From positions 64,882 through 128,881 of the forward strand of contig JAANOX010000096.1 in the NCBI GenBank assembly GCA_020184695.1: a stretch of 64,000 bases of DNA, read 5' to 3'. Below the pieces are notes generated by a model. It had not been told where the DNA came from, did not search any database, and saw only the letters and a list, made by a program, of their open reading frames with translations. The position numbers and the translations under genes were made by a program. Of the stretch, positions 45,320-56,738 are shown in pieces. Within the stretch, counting starts at the first letter, position 1. Every line of letters begins with the position of its first letter. This DNA is from Histomonas meleagridis 2922-C6/04-290x. Lineage: Eukaryota > Protista > Parabasalia.

Positions 45320-48300
45320 TTATACATTAAATATTGAGAATTTGGGATATTTTCCCAAACGTTCCACAGAAACCTTCTTTGCCTTATGATTTTTTGCCGG
45401 TGAGCTGCTACTAATAGATGAAGGTGCATTTTTGTTGATGAACAAGCTACCTGAAAGCTTCATCAACTTGCAACAACAAATTATTACCGCCATTGTTGAA
45501 TTCCAACTTGGTTGAACATTTTCTTTATGTTTCATTAAATCCTTATCAAATTTTAACAAAAGGTTTTTTTGTTGTCTTAAAGAAATTAATCTTAAAAGTA
45601 CTTTTTTATTTGATGTTGATGAAAGAATTGCTTCTTCCAAAGAAAGTCGAAGTTGATTTGATGAATAAGTTGTACAACTTACATCTAATAACACATTATG
45701 TAATTTTCTTCCCCAATTTTCCCATTGATTTAAAGAATAAATTTTTCCTTCTGCTTTTCTTATTTCTTTGTATAAATCTTGTATTTGTTTTGTAGTTTCT
45801 TCATAATTATTTTTGTATTTTTTAATAGATTTTTTTAATTGCTTATAATCTAATAACAATTTATTTATTGGCTCAAATATTTCATCTGATTCATCTAATT
45901 TTAGAAGTTTTTGAACTTTTAATAAATCAGTAACAGTATTTTCATATATTTCTTGTGTATGTGATTTTTTATTCAGTTCATCAGTTAAATTATTTAAGAA
46001 TATTTTAATATTTAAAGGAGATAAATCAATATAAGAAAGTTGCATCCTTAAATTCATATTTGCATTATCTATAAACTCATTTATTAATTTAGTTTCTTCT
46101 TCATTATTATAATTTATTTTGTCTTGATATTGAGATTCAATTGATTTTAACTTTGTTGCATATTGCATAATAATTGTTTGTTTTTGACCTTCAAATTTAT
46201 CTTCTTGAGATTTAAGTTTTAATTCTGTTGATTTTTTAGATATATTAAGATTATGAAGCTTTAATGTTAATTCTTCAATTGTTGCTTGCATTGATCTTTT
46301 CTCATTTTTGAAGTTTTCATTTTCTTGTTGTGTTATTTCAAATTTAGCTTGCATTTGATGTATTTCACGTTCATATTGTTCACGTAAAGCTTTTGATTTT
46401 TCTCTAAGTGATTCGATTGATTTCAAATTAATATTTTCAAGAAGTTCGATTCTATTTTTATGTTCTTTTTTCTCTTTTCTTAAATTTTCTATTATATTTG
46501 TTGCTTTTTCAATATTTTTTTCAAGTTCTTGGCATTTATTTTTTGTTGATTGTAATTGAGAAAGCTGATTTTCATAATTCTCTTTATATTGTTGAATAGA
46601 AGAATCAAATATTTCCTTTTGTTGCTTTAATTCATTAGTTGTATTTTCAAGTTGTGTTTTTGTATCTTGAATTAAATTTTGTAATTCTTCATTATGTTTA
46701 TTTTTATCTTCTAAATCATTTGTAAGTTGATTAATTTTTGTATTTAGATCATTTATTGTTTGTTGATAGGCTTGGGCTGAATTTGATATTGCTTCTTCTG
46801 TTTTTTCTAATTGATAATTTAATTCATCTGTCATTTTCTCTTTTTCTGTAACAATTTCGTTTAATTGTTTTTGTAAATGTTTTGCTTCTGGATGTTGGAT
46901 ATTATTTTGTTCAATATTTTCCATTAATTTCTTAGCAAAAGATAAAATATTTGTATCATCATTAATATTAAAATATTTTGATAGAATTCGTATTGCTTTA
47001 TTTTGTTGATGTTGTAAATGTTTAATAATTTTCTTCATTGATTTGATTGTATCAATGTTTTGTTCTTCATCAAGATTTTTTTGCTTTATTTCTCTTATGA
47101 TATAATCATATTTTGTCCTTAGTTCAATTGCATGATTTTGTAAAATATCATTTATAAATGCTTGTGCAGAAAAAATGTAAAAAAGCTCATAAAAATCTTG
47201 TGATTCATTTGATTCCATTCTTTTAAGAAATTCATTTAATTTCTTTTCAAGTTTATTCGCTGACATTAAATCAAATATTTCAGTTGGATCGATTTTTTCG
47301 AATTGTTCAAAAGCATTTGAAATTTCATTAATATTTAATTCTGGAATTGTTTCTTCAATATAATTACTGACTCTAATACAATGTTGTATTAATTCATTTT
47401 TAGTATCTTTATCCATTTGTATTGTAGTCGCTGTTTCTGGTCTATAAAATATACAACTTTGAAGATCATTACTATGTGCAATTGATTGCAAAAATTTAAT
47501 TTCTTCGGAATACATTGATAAAATTCGAAGACATTTAGTTTGAATTTCAGATAATTTTTCATTAAGATTTTCTTTTTCTGTAATTAAATCTTTCTTTTCT
47601 TGTTCATATTGATTCAATGAATCACATATAAATGTTATTATTTTATTGATTCTTTCTAAAAATGTTATATTTGAATCATTTATAATTTTTTCTATTGATG
47701 AACTAAATTTAGAATAAAGATTATTACAAATTTTTACGATTGATATTAATGCAATAGGAATATCAGATTCTGTTGTAATGTTTCCTTGGTTTTTGTTTTG
47801 TCTTTTAAGATTTTTGTGACTTTCTAAAAAGTTTGATAATTGACTTTCATACGTTTGAATTACAAGATTTTGTTTGTTAATGATGTTAACTAATTCATTT
47901 CTTTGATCCATAAGTTTGGAAGAATCTTCGATTTGAGATTGTAATAAATCACTAAGACTGGTTAGGGAATCATTAAGTGCTTTTCTTGAATCAGATAAAT
48001 TATTTTGTTGCTTTTTCAAATCGCTTATTTCTTGATGCGCTGTTGTTAGCCTCTTTTCCATGCTTAATAAAGCTTCTTGATTTCTTTGTTTTTCAATTGA
48101 AAGTTGATCAATAGAATTTTGTAATGAGCTATTAATTGATTCACTTTTTTGAAGTTGTGCAATTAAATTGTGATTTTTTTTCTTTAGGTTACTTATTTTG
48201 ACTTTGAGTTTATTATTTTCTTCATTGGGATCAGAAACCTGATTTTTTTTTGCGAATTGCGCTTGTGACAAAACGTCTACTATTTCTAGTACATCCTTTA

Positions 48301-48475
48301 AAGAATCTGTTGAAACGCCAACAATTTCATTAAATTTTTGAATAAATTTTTCAATTTCTTCAGGACGAGAATCTTTAATTTCATTGTCACTGAATTGTTC
48401 CCCATCTGTTTGCATATTAAAATCTGATGATCTCACTTGAGATGTAGAGGAAAAGTCGGATGGAGATTCATCCAT
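45320..48475 (-). CDS. Long coiled-coil protein
   Basis: About 1050-aa heptad-rich ORF; first ATG (MDESPSDF) at 48475. Confidence 0.8.
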   Translation of the reverse strand: MDESPSDFSSTSQVRSSDFNMQTDGEQFSDNEIKDSRPEEIEKFIQKFNEIVGVSTDSLKDVLEIVDVLSQAQFAKKNQVSDPNEENNKLKVKISNLKKKNHNLIAQLQKSESINSSLQNSIDQLSIEKQRNQEALLSMEKRLTTAHQEISDLKKQQNNLSDSRKALNDSLTSLSDLLQSQIEDSSKLMDQRNELVNIINKQNLVIQTYESQLSNFLESHKNLKRQNKNQGNITTESDIPIALISIVKICNNLYSKFSSSIEKIINDSNITFLERINKIITFICDSLNQYEQEKKDLITEKENLNEKLSEIQTKCLRILSMYSEEIKFLQSIAHSNDLQSCIFYRPETATTIQMDKDTKNELIQHCIRVSNYIEETIPELNINEISNAFEQFEKIDPTEIFDLMSANKLEKKLNEFLKRMESNESQDFYELFYIFSAQAFINDILQNHAIELRTKYDYIIREIKQKNLDEEQNIDTIKSMKKIIKHLQHQQNKAIRILSKYFNINDDTNILSFAKKLMENIEQNNIQHPEAKHLQKQLNEIVTEKEKMTDELNYQLEKTEEAISNSAQAYQQTINDLNTKINQLTNDLEDKNKHNEELQNLIQDTKTQLENTTNELKQQKEIFDSSIQQYKENYENQLSQLQSTKNKCQELEKNIEKATNIIENLRKEKKEHKNRIELLENINLKSIESLREKSKALREQYEREIHQMQAKFEITQQENENFKNEKRSMQATIEELTLKLHNLNISKKSTELKLKSQEDKFEGQKQTIIMQYATKLKSIESQYQDKINYNNEEETKLINEFIDNANMNLRMQLSYIDLSPLNIKIFLNNLTDELNKKSHTQEIYENTVTDLLKVQKLLKLDESDEIFEPINKLLLDYKQLKKSIKKYKNNYEETTKQIQDLYKEIRKAEGKIYSLNQWENWGRKLHNVLLDVSCTTYSSNQLRLSLEEAILSSTSNKKVLLRLISLRQQKNLLLKFDKDLMKHKENVQPSWNSTMAVIICCCKLMKLSGSLFINKNAPSSISSSSPAKNHKAKKVSVERLGKYPKFSIFNV

Positions 48476-48560
48476 TCTTTTTAACGTCTTTTCAGAAAAA
48501 CGTTTTTTGGCGGTAAACAAGAACGTTTAAATTGCACTTTTTGGATAAAATATAAATGAG

Positions 48561-50621
48561 ATGGGAAGCAATCAAAGTACTCAAAACCAGAAAGGACTTC
48601 AAAAATTGAAACAACTTGAGGAAGTTATATTTAATTTAAATTCAAAGAATCTAAATGAATCAATTGTATCATCCTTTACCTATTTCGATCAAGAATATCC
48701 ATATTCATTCTATCTCATTATTTGTCGACTTTTATATTCATATTTTATTTCTAAAGGTTGTGGTGATATATGTTTAGAATATATTAAAAAGCTTGAAATA
48801 AAAGAAAAAGAAATATTTAATAACAATTTCAGAATTGATAATAAAACAAACAATAAAGTAATCCGAATATTTGCAAAATTTCTCTTATCTATTGACACAC
48901 AAGAATCGAATTATCTTCTTGAAAAAATGATAGAAGAACATTTGATTGATCCAAAAATTTATAAATTGATTTATAAACAAAAAAGGCCATATTTTGCTCA
49001 TTTAATTTCAATCAAAGAAATTTGGTGGTATAATCAATATAGTAAATTTTATAATAACTTTCATGCAAATTATGAAGAACTTTCAAAGAATAATTGGAAA
49101 CTTCATAAGCAATTAATTAAAGAAGGACATAATCCAAATGAAATTGCAAAAATCATTCGAAAAGATGAAATCGAAAAACTTCAAGAAATATCATCACAAA
49201 CAAATTTAGATTTTAATCAAAAAATTAGGCCATCACTTTATGAAAGATGTTCATTTATTAATGAAGAAAATGTTTCATTAATTGATTATGCAGCATTTTT
49301 TGGATCAGTTAAATGTTTTAAATATTTACTTATGAATAATGCTAATGTACATAACACAGGTAAATATGCAGTTGCAGGTGGAAATCTTGAAATTATTCAT
49401 TTGTGTGAACAGAATCATTCATCATTTGAAAATGCATTTAAAACAGCAATTATGTTTCATCGAAATGATATCTTTAAATATCTTTATGACAATAATTTCG
49501 ATAACTATTATTTGCCTCCATTAGCATGGGAATGTGTTTCATTTGATAACTATAAAATTCTTTCATATATGGAAAGAAAAGAAGGGATGGAATTTGATGA
49601 ATCTTTCATTAAAGATTCACTAAAAACTGATAATTTGTTCCTTATACAATATCTTCTTGAAAAGAATCCAGTCACATTAAATATTTTCAACCCCAAATTA
49701 TTTTCTAATTTTTGTAATATTGAACTCTTTAAATATCTTAATAAAAATGGACATATAATATATAAAAATATAAATTAGTTTTATTTAATGTTTTTTATAT
49801 TGATTGTATATTTTAATATATTAATTGGATTTTATTCAAATTGTTTAAAACATCACTTATGAATGCATCTGATATTGGAAATATTTCATTAGTTAAAATA
49901 CTTTTAAAACAAAAAGATTTTAATATTAATGCTAAAGATTTTTTTATAATTTCATTTAAAATTTATTTTAACAATTTGATATTAATAAATAATATTTGGA
50001 AATATTTTAAATAATAATGGACAGCACTTATGTATGCATCACGATATTCTAACCCAAAAATAGTTAAATTGCTTCTTGAACAAGAAGGAATTGATATTAA
50101 TGCTAAAAATATTTATTTATTATGGCTAATGTTTATTATAAAATATTTAATGTTTTGAAATAATATTTGGAAATTATTGAAATTATTTGATACAGCACTT
50201 ATGCTTGCTTCCGAGTATGGATTTATTAAAAGAGCTAAATTACTTTTAGATAAAGGAATTGATATTAATGTTAAAAACCTTTTTTTGTTGAATATAAAAC
50301 TTATTATAATAACTTGATATTTAAAAATAATAATTGGTAGTTATCTATATCATTTAAAACAGCTCTTAATCTAGCAACTGAAAATGGTCATAAGGAAATA
50401 GTTAAATTGCTTCTTGAACAAAAAAGGATAAATACAAACATTCAAGATGTTAGTATAATAAAATCAATGCTTATATCTTTGATTTAATCTTTTAAAATAT
50501 TATATGGAATTAATTAAAATAATATAATACAGCATTTACATCTGATTCTAATGTAAAGAAAATTGTAAAAGTTACAGGGTTAGCATTTCTTGTATTTGCT
50601 ATAGTCAAGAATATTAAATGA
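48561..50621 (+). CDS. DUF3447-type ankyrin protein plus 4 ankyrin repeats and a hydrophobic tail, interrupted by 5 spacers (18 x 17 nt + 2 x 18 nt); 572 aa after removal (array C)
   Basis: Spacers 49770-49846, 49940-50017, 50111-50188, 50279-50355, 50449-50525. 2061 - 342 = 1719 nt = 573 codons ending at TGA 50619-21. Confidence 0.75.
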
Positions 50622-50948
50622 ACTATATATATATTTGTTAGAATCTTGTTGAAAAAAAGTACAAAATTTGTTTTAAATTTAGGATTTAATCATCATCAAA
50701 CCAAAATCATTGCTCACATACAATTGTTTTGTTATATTTTTGGCTTAACAATTTTTTATATTTTAAAACAGAAAATTTTAATTAATAAAAAACCTTTTTT
50801 TTTTTCTTAAAGATTCAAGTAATATCGCATAGTATTTTACTACAAATATAAGAATTGTTAAAATATTTAAAATTAAATAAGAAAAATATATAAATTTCTT
50901 ATTAAATAAGAAAAATATATAAATTATTTTGATGATAAAATCGATAAT

Positions 50949-51572
50949 TTAATAAACTTCGCATCCTCCCTTTTTGCTCTTTGATTTCTTCTTATGATGC
51001 TTTTTTAGTGAAGGAGGAACATTTTCGCTTGCTGACTTCCCTCCGACTTCTCCGCATTCTGAAATGATGATGTTGGCGGTTGTCGCTCCTTTTCCTTCTG
51101 TTCCATACTTTTCAATATCTCGAATTACTTCCATACCCTCAACAACACGTCCGAAAACGACATGCTTTCCATCCAAATGTGGCTTTGGTGAATATGTAAT
51201 GAAAAATTGTGATCGATTTTTGTTTGGTCCAGAATTGGCCATTGAAAGTACTCCTTCTCCATCGTGTTTCAATGTGAAATTTTCATCATCAAAGAATTGA
51301 GGTCCATAAATGGATTCACCGCCAGTTCCATTTCCATTAACAAAATCACCTCCTTGTGCAACAAAACCAGGGATAATTCTATGAATTTTACATCCTTTAT
51401 AGCACAGCCATTTCCCACAATTACCAATGCCTTTTTCTCCAGTGCAAAGACATCTAAAATTTTCAGCTGTCTTCGGCACAACATCCGCCCTTAACTCCAT
51501 AATAACTTTTCCAACATCTTTCCCATTGACACTGATTTCAAAATAAACTTTCGGATTTTCCTTTGTTTCCAT
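50949..51572 (-). CDS. Cyclophilin-type peptidyl-prolyl isomerase with a basic C-terminal extension
   Basis: [61 protein letters not shown]. Confidence 0.95.
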   Translation of the reverse strand: METKENPKVYFEISVNGKDVGKVIMELRADVVPKTAENFRCLCTGEKGIGNCGKWLCYKGCKIHRIIPGFVAQGGDFVNGNGTGGESIYGPQFFDDENFTLKHDGEGVLSMANSGPNKNRSQFFITYSPKPHLDGKHVVFGRVVEGMEVIRDIEKYGTEGKGATTANIIISECGEVGGKSASENVPPSLKKHHKKKSKSKKGGCEVY

Positions 51573-51581
51573 TTTTCAAAA

Positions 51582-51587
51582 AAGTGA
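51582..51587 (-). promoter_or_regulatory. Inr-like TCACTT
   Basis: 10-15 nt upstream of the cyclophilin ATG on the minus strand. Confidence 0.55.
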
Positions 51588-51665
51588 CAAAATAACGATA
51601 TTTCGAAAAAAGAAACAGAACCAAAATGCATCAAAAGCAACAACAATCAGAAATCTCAAAACAAA

Positions 51666-52480
51666 TGGAAAACAATTACAACTCTCAAAAACATAATCTT
51701 TGGTTTGGATATAGATAATTTTGCTCAATCATCGAATTTTATTATCAATATATTAATAGTAATAATTTTGATATATATTTGAGATTATTACAAGAAATTG
51801 AAAAATATGAAGAAAATAATAAAATCAACACAAAAATAATAAATTTATTTTCTCAATTTCTACTTAAAGAAAACACACAAGAATCATTTTATTTACTTGA
51901 TCATGTAATTAAGTATAATTTACTTGAATCAAAAATCATTCAAAATATATTTAAACCATTTTTTGTTCATATTAATCAAGATAAATCAGATAAATATGAA
52001 TCTTTATTTGATCAAGAAAATATTTCTTATGACGAACTTTCAAAGAATGATTTTGAACTTCATAAGCAATCAATTAAAGAAGTACATAATCCAAAAGAAA
52101 TTGTAAAAATAATTCGAAATGATGAAATAGAAAAACTTCAAGAAATATCATCACAAAATGAATTCGATTTTAATCAAATAATTCCAAAATCACTTTATGA
52201 AAGATGCTCATTTATAAATGAAGAAAATGTTACATTAATTGATTATGCAGCATTTTTTTCTTCTGTTAAATGTTTTAAATATTTACTTATGAATGGCTCT
52301 AAAGTAAATAATACAGGTAAATATGCAATTGCAGGTGGAAATCTTGAAATTATTCATCTATGTGAACAGAATCATTCATCATTTAAAGATGCATATGAAG
52401 CAGCAATTATATTCCATCGAAATAAAATTTTTCAATATCTTTATGAAAATAAAATTAAACATACTTCTCCATCTCTATGA
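51666..52480 (+). pseudogene. Truncated, frameshifted paralog of the DUF3447-ankyrin genes
   Basis: Closely similar to 48561 (EIVKIIRNDEIEKLQEISSQ...SLYERCSFINEENVTLIDYAAFF). The 5' part is in other frames with an apparent deletion; the 3' end stops at KIKHTSPSL* with no ankyrin array. Confidence 0.75.
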
Positions 52481-53132
52481 ATACTTTTGGTACAACCTTG
52501 AAACCTTAGACAAACTATTATCATTACGCAGAATAACATATAATTTTTTAAAAATTTCTCTCGATATCGAATTGGTTGAAAGCATTAATAAATTCGAATT
52601 AGATACAGAAAGCACATGAGTAATGAATTGTGACTAAAATTGTTCCACTTTGTATCTATAAAATTTATCAATAGTTTCCAACCATTTACACAATATTTGA
52701 ATGAACACATAATATTTTAACTTTTTATTTCATTTTCTAAAATAAAATAATTATTCGAGTTTTTGTTTTTTCAAAGCTTTATTTAAAAGTGAAAATTCCC
52801 ATCACTTCAAACCGTTCATGAAAACATAGAATAAGATGGTTATATATAAATATTTAAACCTATGTGCAGATTGGTTAAGTTCATATGAATCTAAAATATG
52901 TTACAATAAGAAACCAATACAACATTCATACACATACAAAGCAGATGGATTTTTCTATTTTTCCAAATTTAAAATGATATGAATTTTTTTTTCATTTAAA
53001 TATTTTTACTATAAAATCCACAAAAGAGCAAATACGTAAACTTAACATTGTTCATGTGTGAACTAAAATGAAAAAATTAACTCCACGCCAGAAACAAATA
53101 TTTCCCGTGAACCAGAGAGCTAAAAAAATAAT

Positions 53133-53660
53133 TTAATATGTTGTGCATATTTTTTTTGGTTTTTCATCTTTAGGAGATCTCATCATTCTGATTAAAGTAG
53201 AAAACATTACATAGATATTTATGTTTTCCTTAGCAGAAGTTTCAAAGAAGTTTGCCCCAAATTTTTTTGCAAGTATTTTACCTTGAAATTGAGATATTAT
53301 CCTTTGATCTTCGAGATCACACTTGTTTCCACATATAACAAGTGGTATTTGATTTCCTCTTTCTTTAACAATATCTGTACATAGACGTTCTGCATTTTCG
53401 AACGAATAGGGAAAATCTATCGAGTACATTACGATAAAACCATTAGCTTCCGAAAACATCTTTTTCCTGAACTCAAAATAATCATCGCTTCTATCACCAA
53501 AATAAAAGAAAAGTTTCGTATTTACATTATCAACCAATAAAGTATGCTCATATATATAATCATCAATTGTAGGATCAAAAACATCATATTTAAGTTTTCT
53601 TAGGATTGATCTTGCGCCAGATACACTTTGTCCACGAATGACAACTAGATATTCCTCCAT
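53133..53660 (-). CDS. Ras/Rap-like small GTPase with degenerate G1/G3 motifs
   Basis: FDPTIDD (G2), GNKCD (G4), ETSAK (G5) present; P-loop reads GQSVSGARS and DTAG is replaced by FGDR. Confidence 0.85.
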   Translation of the reverse strand: MEEYLVVIRGQSVSGARSILRKLKYDVFDPTIDDYIYEHTLLVDNVNTKLFFYFGDRSDDYFEFRKKMFSEANGFIVMYSIDFPYSFENAERLCTDIVKERGNQIPLVICGNKCDLEDQRIISQFQGKILAKKFGANFFETSAKENINIYVMFSTLIRMMRSPKDEKPKKICTTY

Positions 53661-54800
53661 GCTGTGTCAGTCATAACGGTTTTTTAAGTTCTGTTTCTAT
53701 CGAAAAAAATGGCTTTTTGAATACTTTTGATCGGTAAATGAGCTTTAACAAACACAAATATCTTGGACAAAAATCGGAGTTCAAAAGTAAAACATTGATC
53801 TTTGAAATTTAATATTATATATAAAATTTAAACAAATTTGAGGAAATATTTAAAATATCTTGAAATTAATTTGATACTCATATTGGAAAACATCATCTAC
53901 ATAACTACAACACAATGGCTAACCTAATACCCTCGCTTAGTATTGGTATATAAATATATATATATATATAAATATCGCATTATTTAATTTCTTTGGTTTT
54001 TTCCTTATTATTACATTCACTTATGAAACATGACGAAAGGCATTTCATATAGTTTTGCTCAAATGCTCAAAAAAATTCAAGAAATTATTCATTTTTTTTT
54101 CTGATTATTTAATGCCTTCCATCATCAAAGTTAATGCTAAAATCTCATGAGAAGAATTTGTTACCCAAAAAAATATCTGGAAATTAATTTAATGCTCATT
54201 TTGATAAAAATCGACTACATCAATAAACCACAATGAAGAGTGGTATGTATATATTTTTTGTATTCGAATTAAAAAAAAACATATAGAGAAATGAAAAAAC
54301 CATGTAAAGCTCAGTCAGAAGGGCTCATTAGCTAATCAAATGTAGATAACATTTACTGAATTTTATTATGGGATCAACTTTGATTTTAAGGAGTTTTTCA
54401 AAATTAATCAAGATTATAAAAATGGATAATTTTTGAATTTAAAACCCAATGTTTATTATTGATTTATTCTATAAATTAACATCGAAGTCTCTTGTGATTT
54501 TCCTGTATTCACATTTATAATTTTGTATACATTACAAAATAAACCATTCAATAAATATCAATTTCATACCATTATTAGATATTATATTATTATAAAAATA
54601 TTATAAGATACAGCATGAACAAATTCAATCAATATAGAAACATTATCTTAAGTGAAAAAAGCTTAAAGAGCGTTGATGCCTTTTATCAATTATTCTTTTT
54701 ACTAAATAAATTCAAGTGTGCAAGAAAGACAAAAAATAATATTTGGTAAACGTTTACCTCTTTCTTAACAAAGCTTGTCAATTTCCTTAAACAAGAAGAA

Positions 54801-56252
54801 ATGTCTATGACAGCAGACGAAGTAAACTTTCTTATTAGACGTTATCTTCAAGAGTCAGGCTACCAACACACTGCTTTTATGTTTGGTAGTGAAGCCATGT
54901 TAGATCAAACAAATTTTAGTAATATTGATCTCCCACCACAAGCTCTTATCACCATTCTCAAGAAAGGTATGTTATACATGCAACTTGAGAAAGGCATTAA
55001 TGAACGTGCACGTACCGAAGATTCACCTGAAAACATCATAATTTCAATAATAGATGCAATCAAAAATAAAGAGCCCATACGTCCACCTTCACGTCAAGCG
55101 CCCAAATCCCGTCAATCCAGTCAACAATCCCAGCATTCGGCGCCTCAAACACAAACTCTTGAAATCAAGCCCAGCTCCATAATATCACTTCGCGGGCATT
55201 ATGGCGAAGTATTTTGTGGTTCCTGGAGTCCGGATGGCCAATACTTTGCCTCAGGCTCATCTGATGCCACAGCCATTATCTGGGAGTTTCAAAATAATCA
55301 TTATCAATCACACACAGTATTAGATCATGCCTCTCAACAAAGCCGTTCAGACAAAGACATCGCTGCGCTTTGCTGGAACTCCACCGGTACGCTTTTAGCC
55401 ACCGGTTGTTTCGATGGTACATCTCGCATCTGGACCAACCATGGCGAACTTAAGTTTGTTCTTCAGCGCCACACGGACTCCATCTTCACAGTGCAATTCT
55501 CACCCAACGACGAGTATCTAGCGACGGGTTCTAGCGATACGAAAGTCATCATATGGCAAGTCAGCAGCGGGGAAATTGTCCAAACGTTTACACATCACAC
55601 GTCGCGTGTCACTGACATCTCGTGGCTCGACAACAAAACGTTTGCGACTTCCTCGAGCGACTTAAAAATCTGCGTCTGTAACATTGGGAACCAAAAGCCG
55701 ATTTTCACATTGCAAGGACACACTAACGACATCAATAAAATATGCTGGGACCCTACGAAGCGTTTGTTAGCTTCGTGTTCCGATGATACCACGATACGTA
55801 TTTGGCGGCCGTATGATCGAATGATGCCAATACTTTTGCAAGGGCATACTGATCATGTATATTCTATCTGTTGGTTACCTAATAATAATAATTTTAATAG
55901 TAATAATGGAGGTAATAATAATCGAATTATTGCTTCCGCTTCTTTTGATTTTACAATTAGGATTTGGGATATACAAAACCATTCGTGTGTAATGTGCTTG
56001 AATAGACATAAGGCGGCTGTTTATACTTTGTCGTTTTCACCAAATGGTAAATATTTGGTGTCTGGTGGATCTGATAGCAAATTGTGCTTCTGGAGAATGA
56101 ACGACGGGAATTTGGTCGCTGAATGTACAATGAGCGGTGGTGTCTTCGAGGCGCAATGGAATAATAGTGGAAATTGCGTGGCTGCTTGTCTGTCCGATGC
56201 AACCGTGGCGATAATTCCAGATGATGTTATTAAGGAATTGGATAAAAAATAA
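54801..56252 (+). CDS. TBL1XR1: TBL1/TBL1XR1-like LisH + WD40 protein
   Basis: ADEVNFLIRRYLQESGYQHTAFMFGSE, PPQALITILKKGMLYMQLE, followed by multiple GH...WD repeats. Confidence 0.85.
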   Translation: MSMTADEVNFLIRRYLQESGYQHTAFMFGSEAMLDQTNFSNIDLPPQALITILKKGMLYMQLEKGINERARTEDSPENIIISIIDAIKNKEPIRPPSRQAPKSRQSSQQSQHSAPQTQTLEIKPSSIISLRGHYGEVFCGSWSPDGQYFASGSSDATAIIWEFQNNHYQSHTVLDHASQQSRSDKDIAALCWNSTGTLLATGCFDGTSRIWTNHGELKFVLQRHTDSIFTVQFSPNDEYLATGSSDTKVIIWQVSSGEIVQTFTHHTSRVTDISWLDNKTFATSSSDLKICVCNIGNQKPIFTLQGHTNDINKICWDPTKRLLASCSDDTTIRIWRPYDRMMPILLQGHTDHVYSICWLPNNNNFNSNNGGNNNRIIASASFDFTIRIWDIQNHSCVMCLNRHKAAVYTLSFSPNGKYLVSGGSDSKLCFWRMNDGNLVAECTMSGGVFEAQWNNSGNCVAACLSDATVAIIPDDVIKELDKK

Positions 56253-56738
56253 AATATTTGTATGTTAAGAAATCTAAAAAATGTATTGTTTTGGAAAGGA
56301 TTGAAATTCATTAAATGTTTATGATGAAATTTTATTGTAATCAGAAGTGTTATAATCGAATACAGGATAATTATAAAGGAAGAACTTTAACATATAATTT
56401 TATTTTATGTATTTGTTATTAACTGAATGATTTAAAGATAAGAAAAAGATATTTGTATATGAATCAAAATTTCCTTATATTCATGTTGTTATAAAAACAG
56501 TTTATGAACTATTATTTTTATGTTTGTAGAAGATCTTTAACAAATTTCATCATGATCAAATGTATAATATTAGAATCAATAGGATACAATTTTATACCTA
56601 AATCGGATCTATTTTCGAATCTTTCTTTCATTCTTTATATAAATCCTTTGAACAAACAATAGTAAAAAATTTTAGAAAATGATTTCATTTTATTGAAAAA
56701 AACAATTATATAACAATAACATTTATTCGATTTATTTT

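Noticed and set aside
51720-51780. Frameshift in the truncated paralog as another 17-nt unit
   Set aside because: The phase fits, but alignment to paralogs indicates a deletion of about 20 codons, and removing 17 nt would discard homologous residues.
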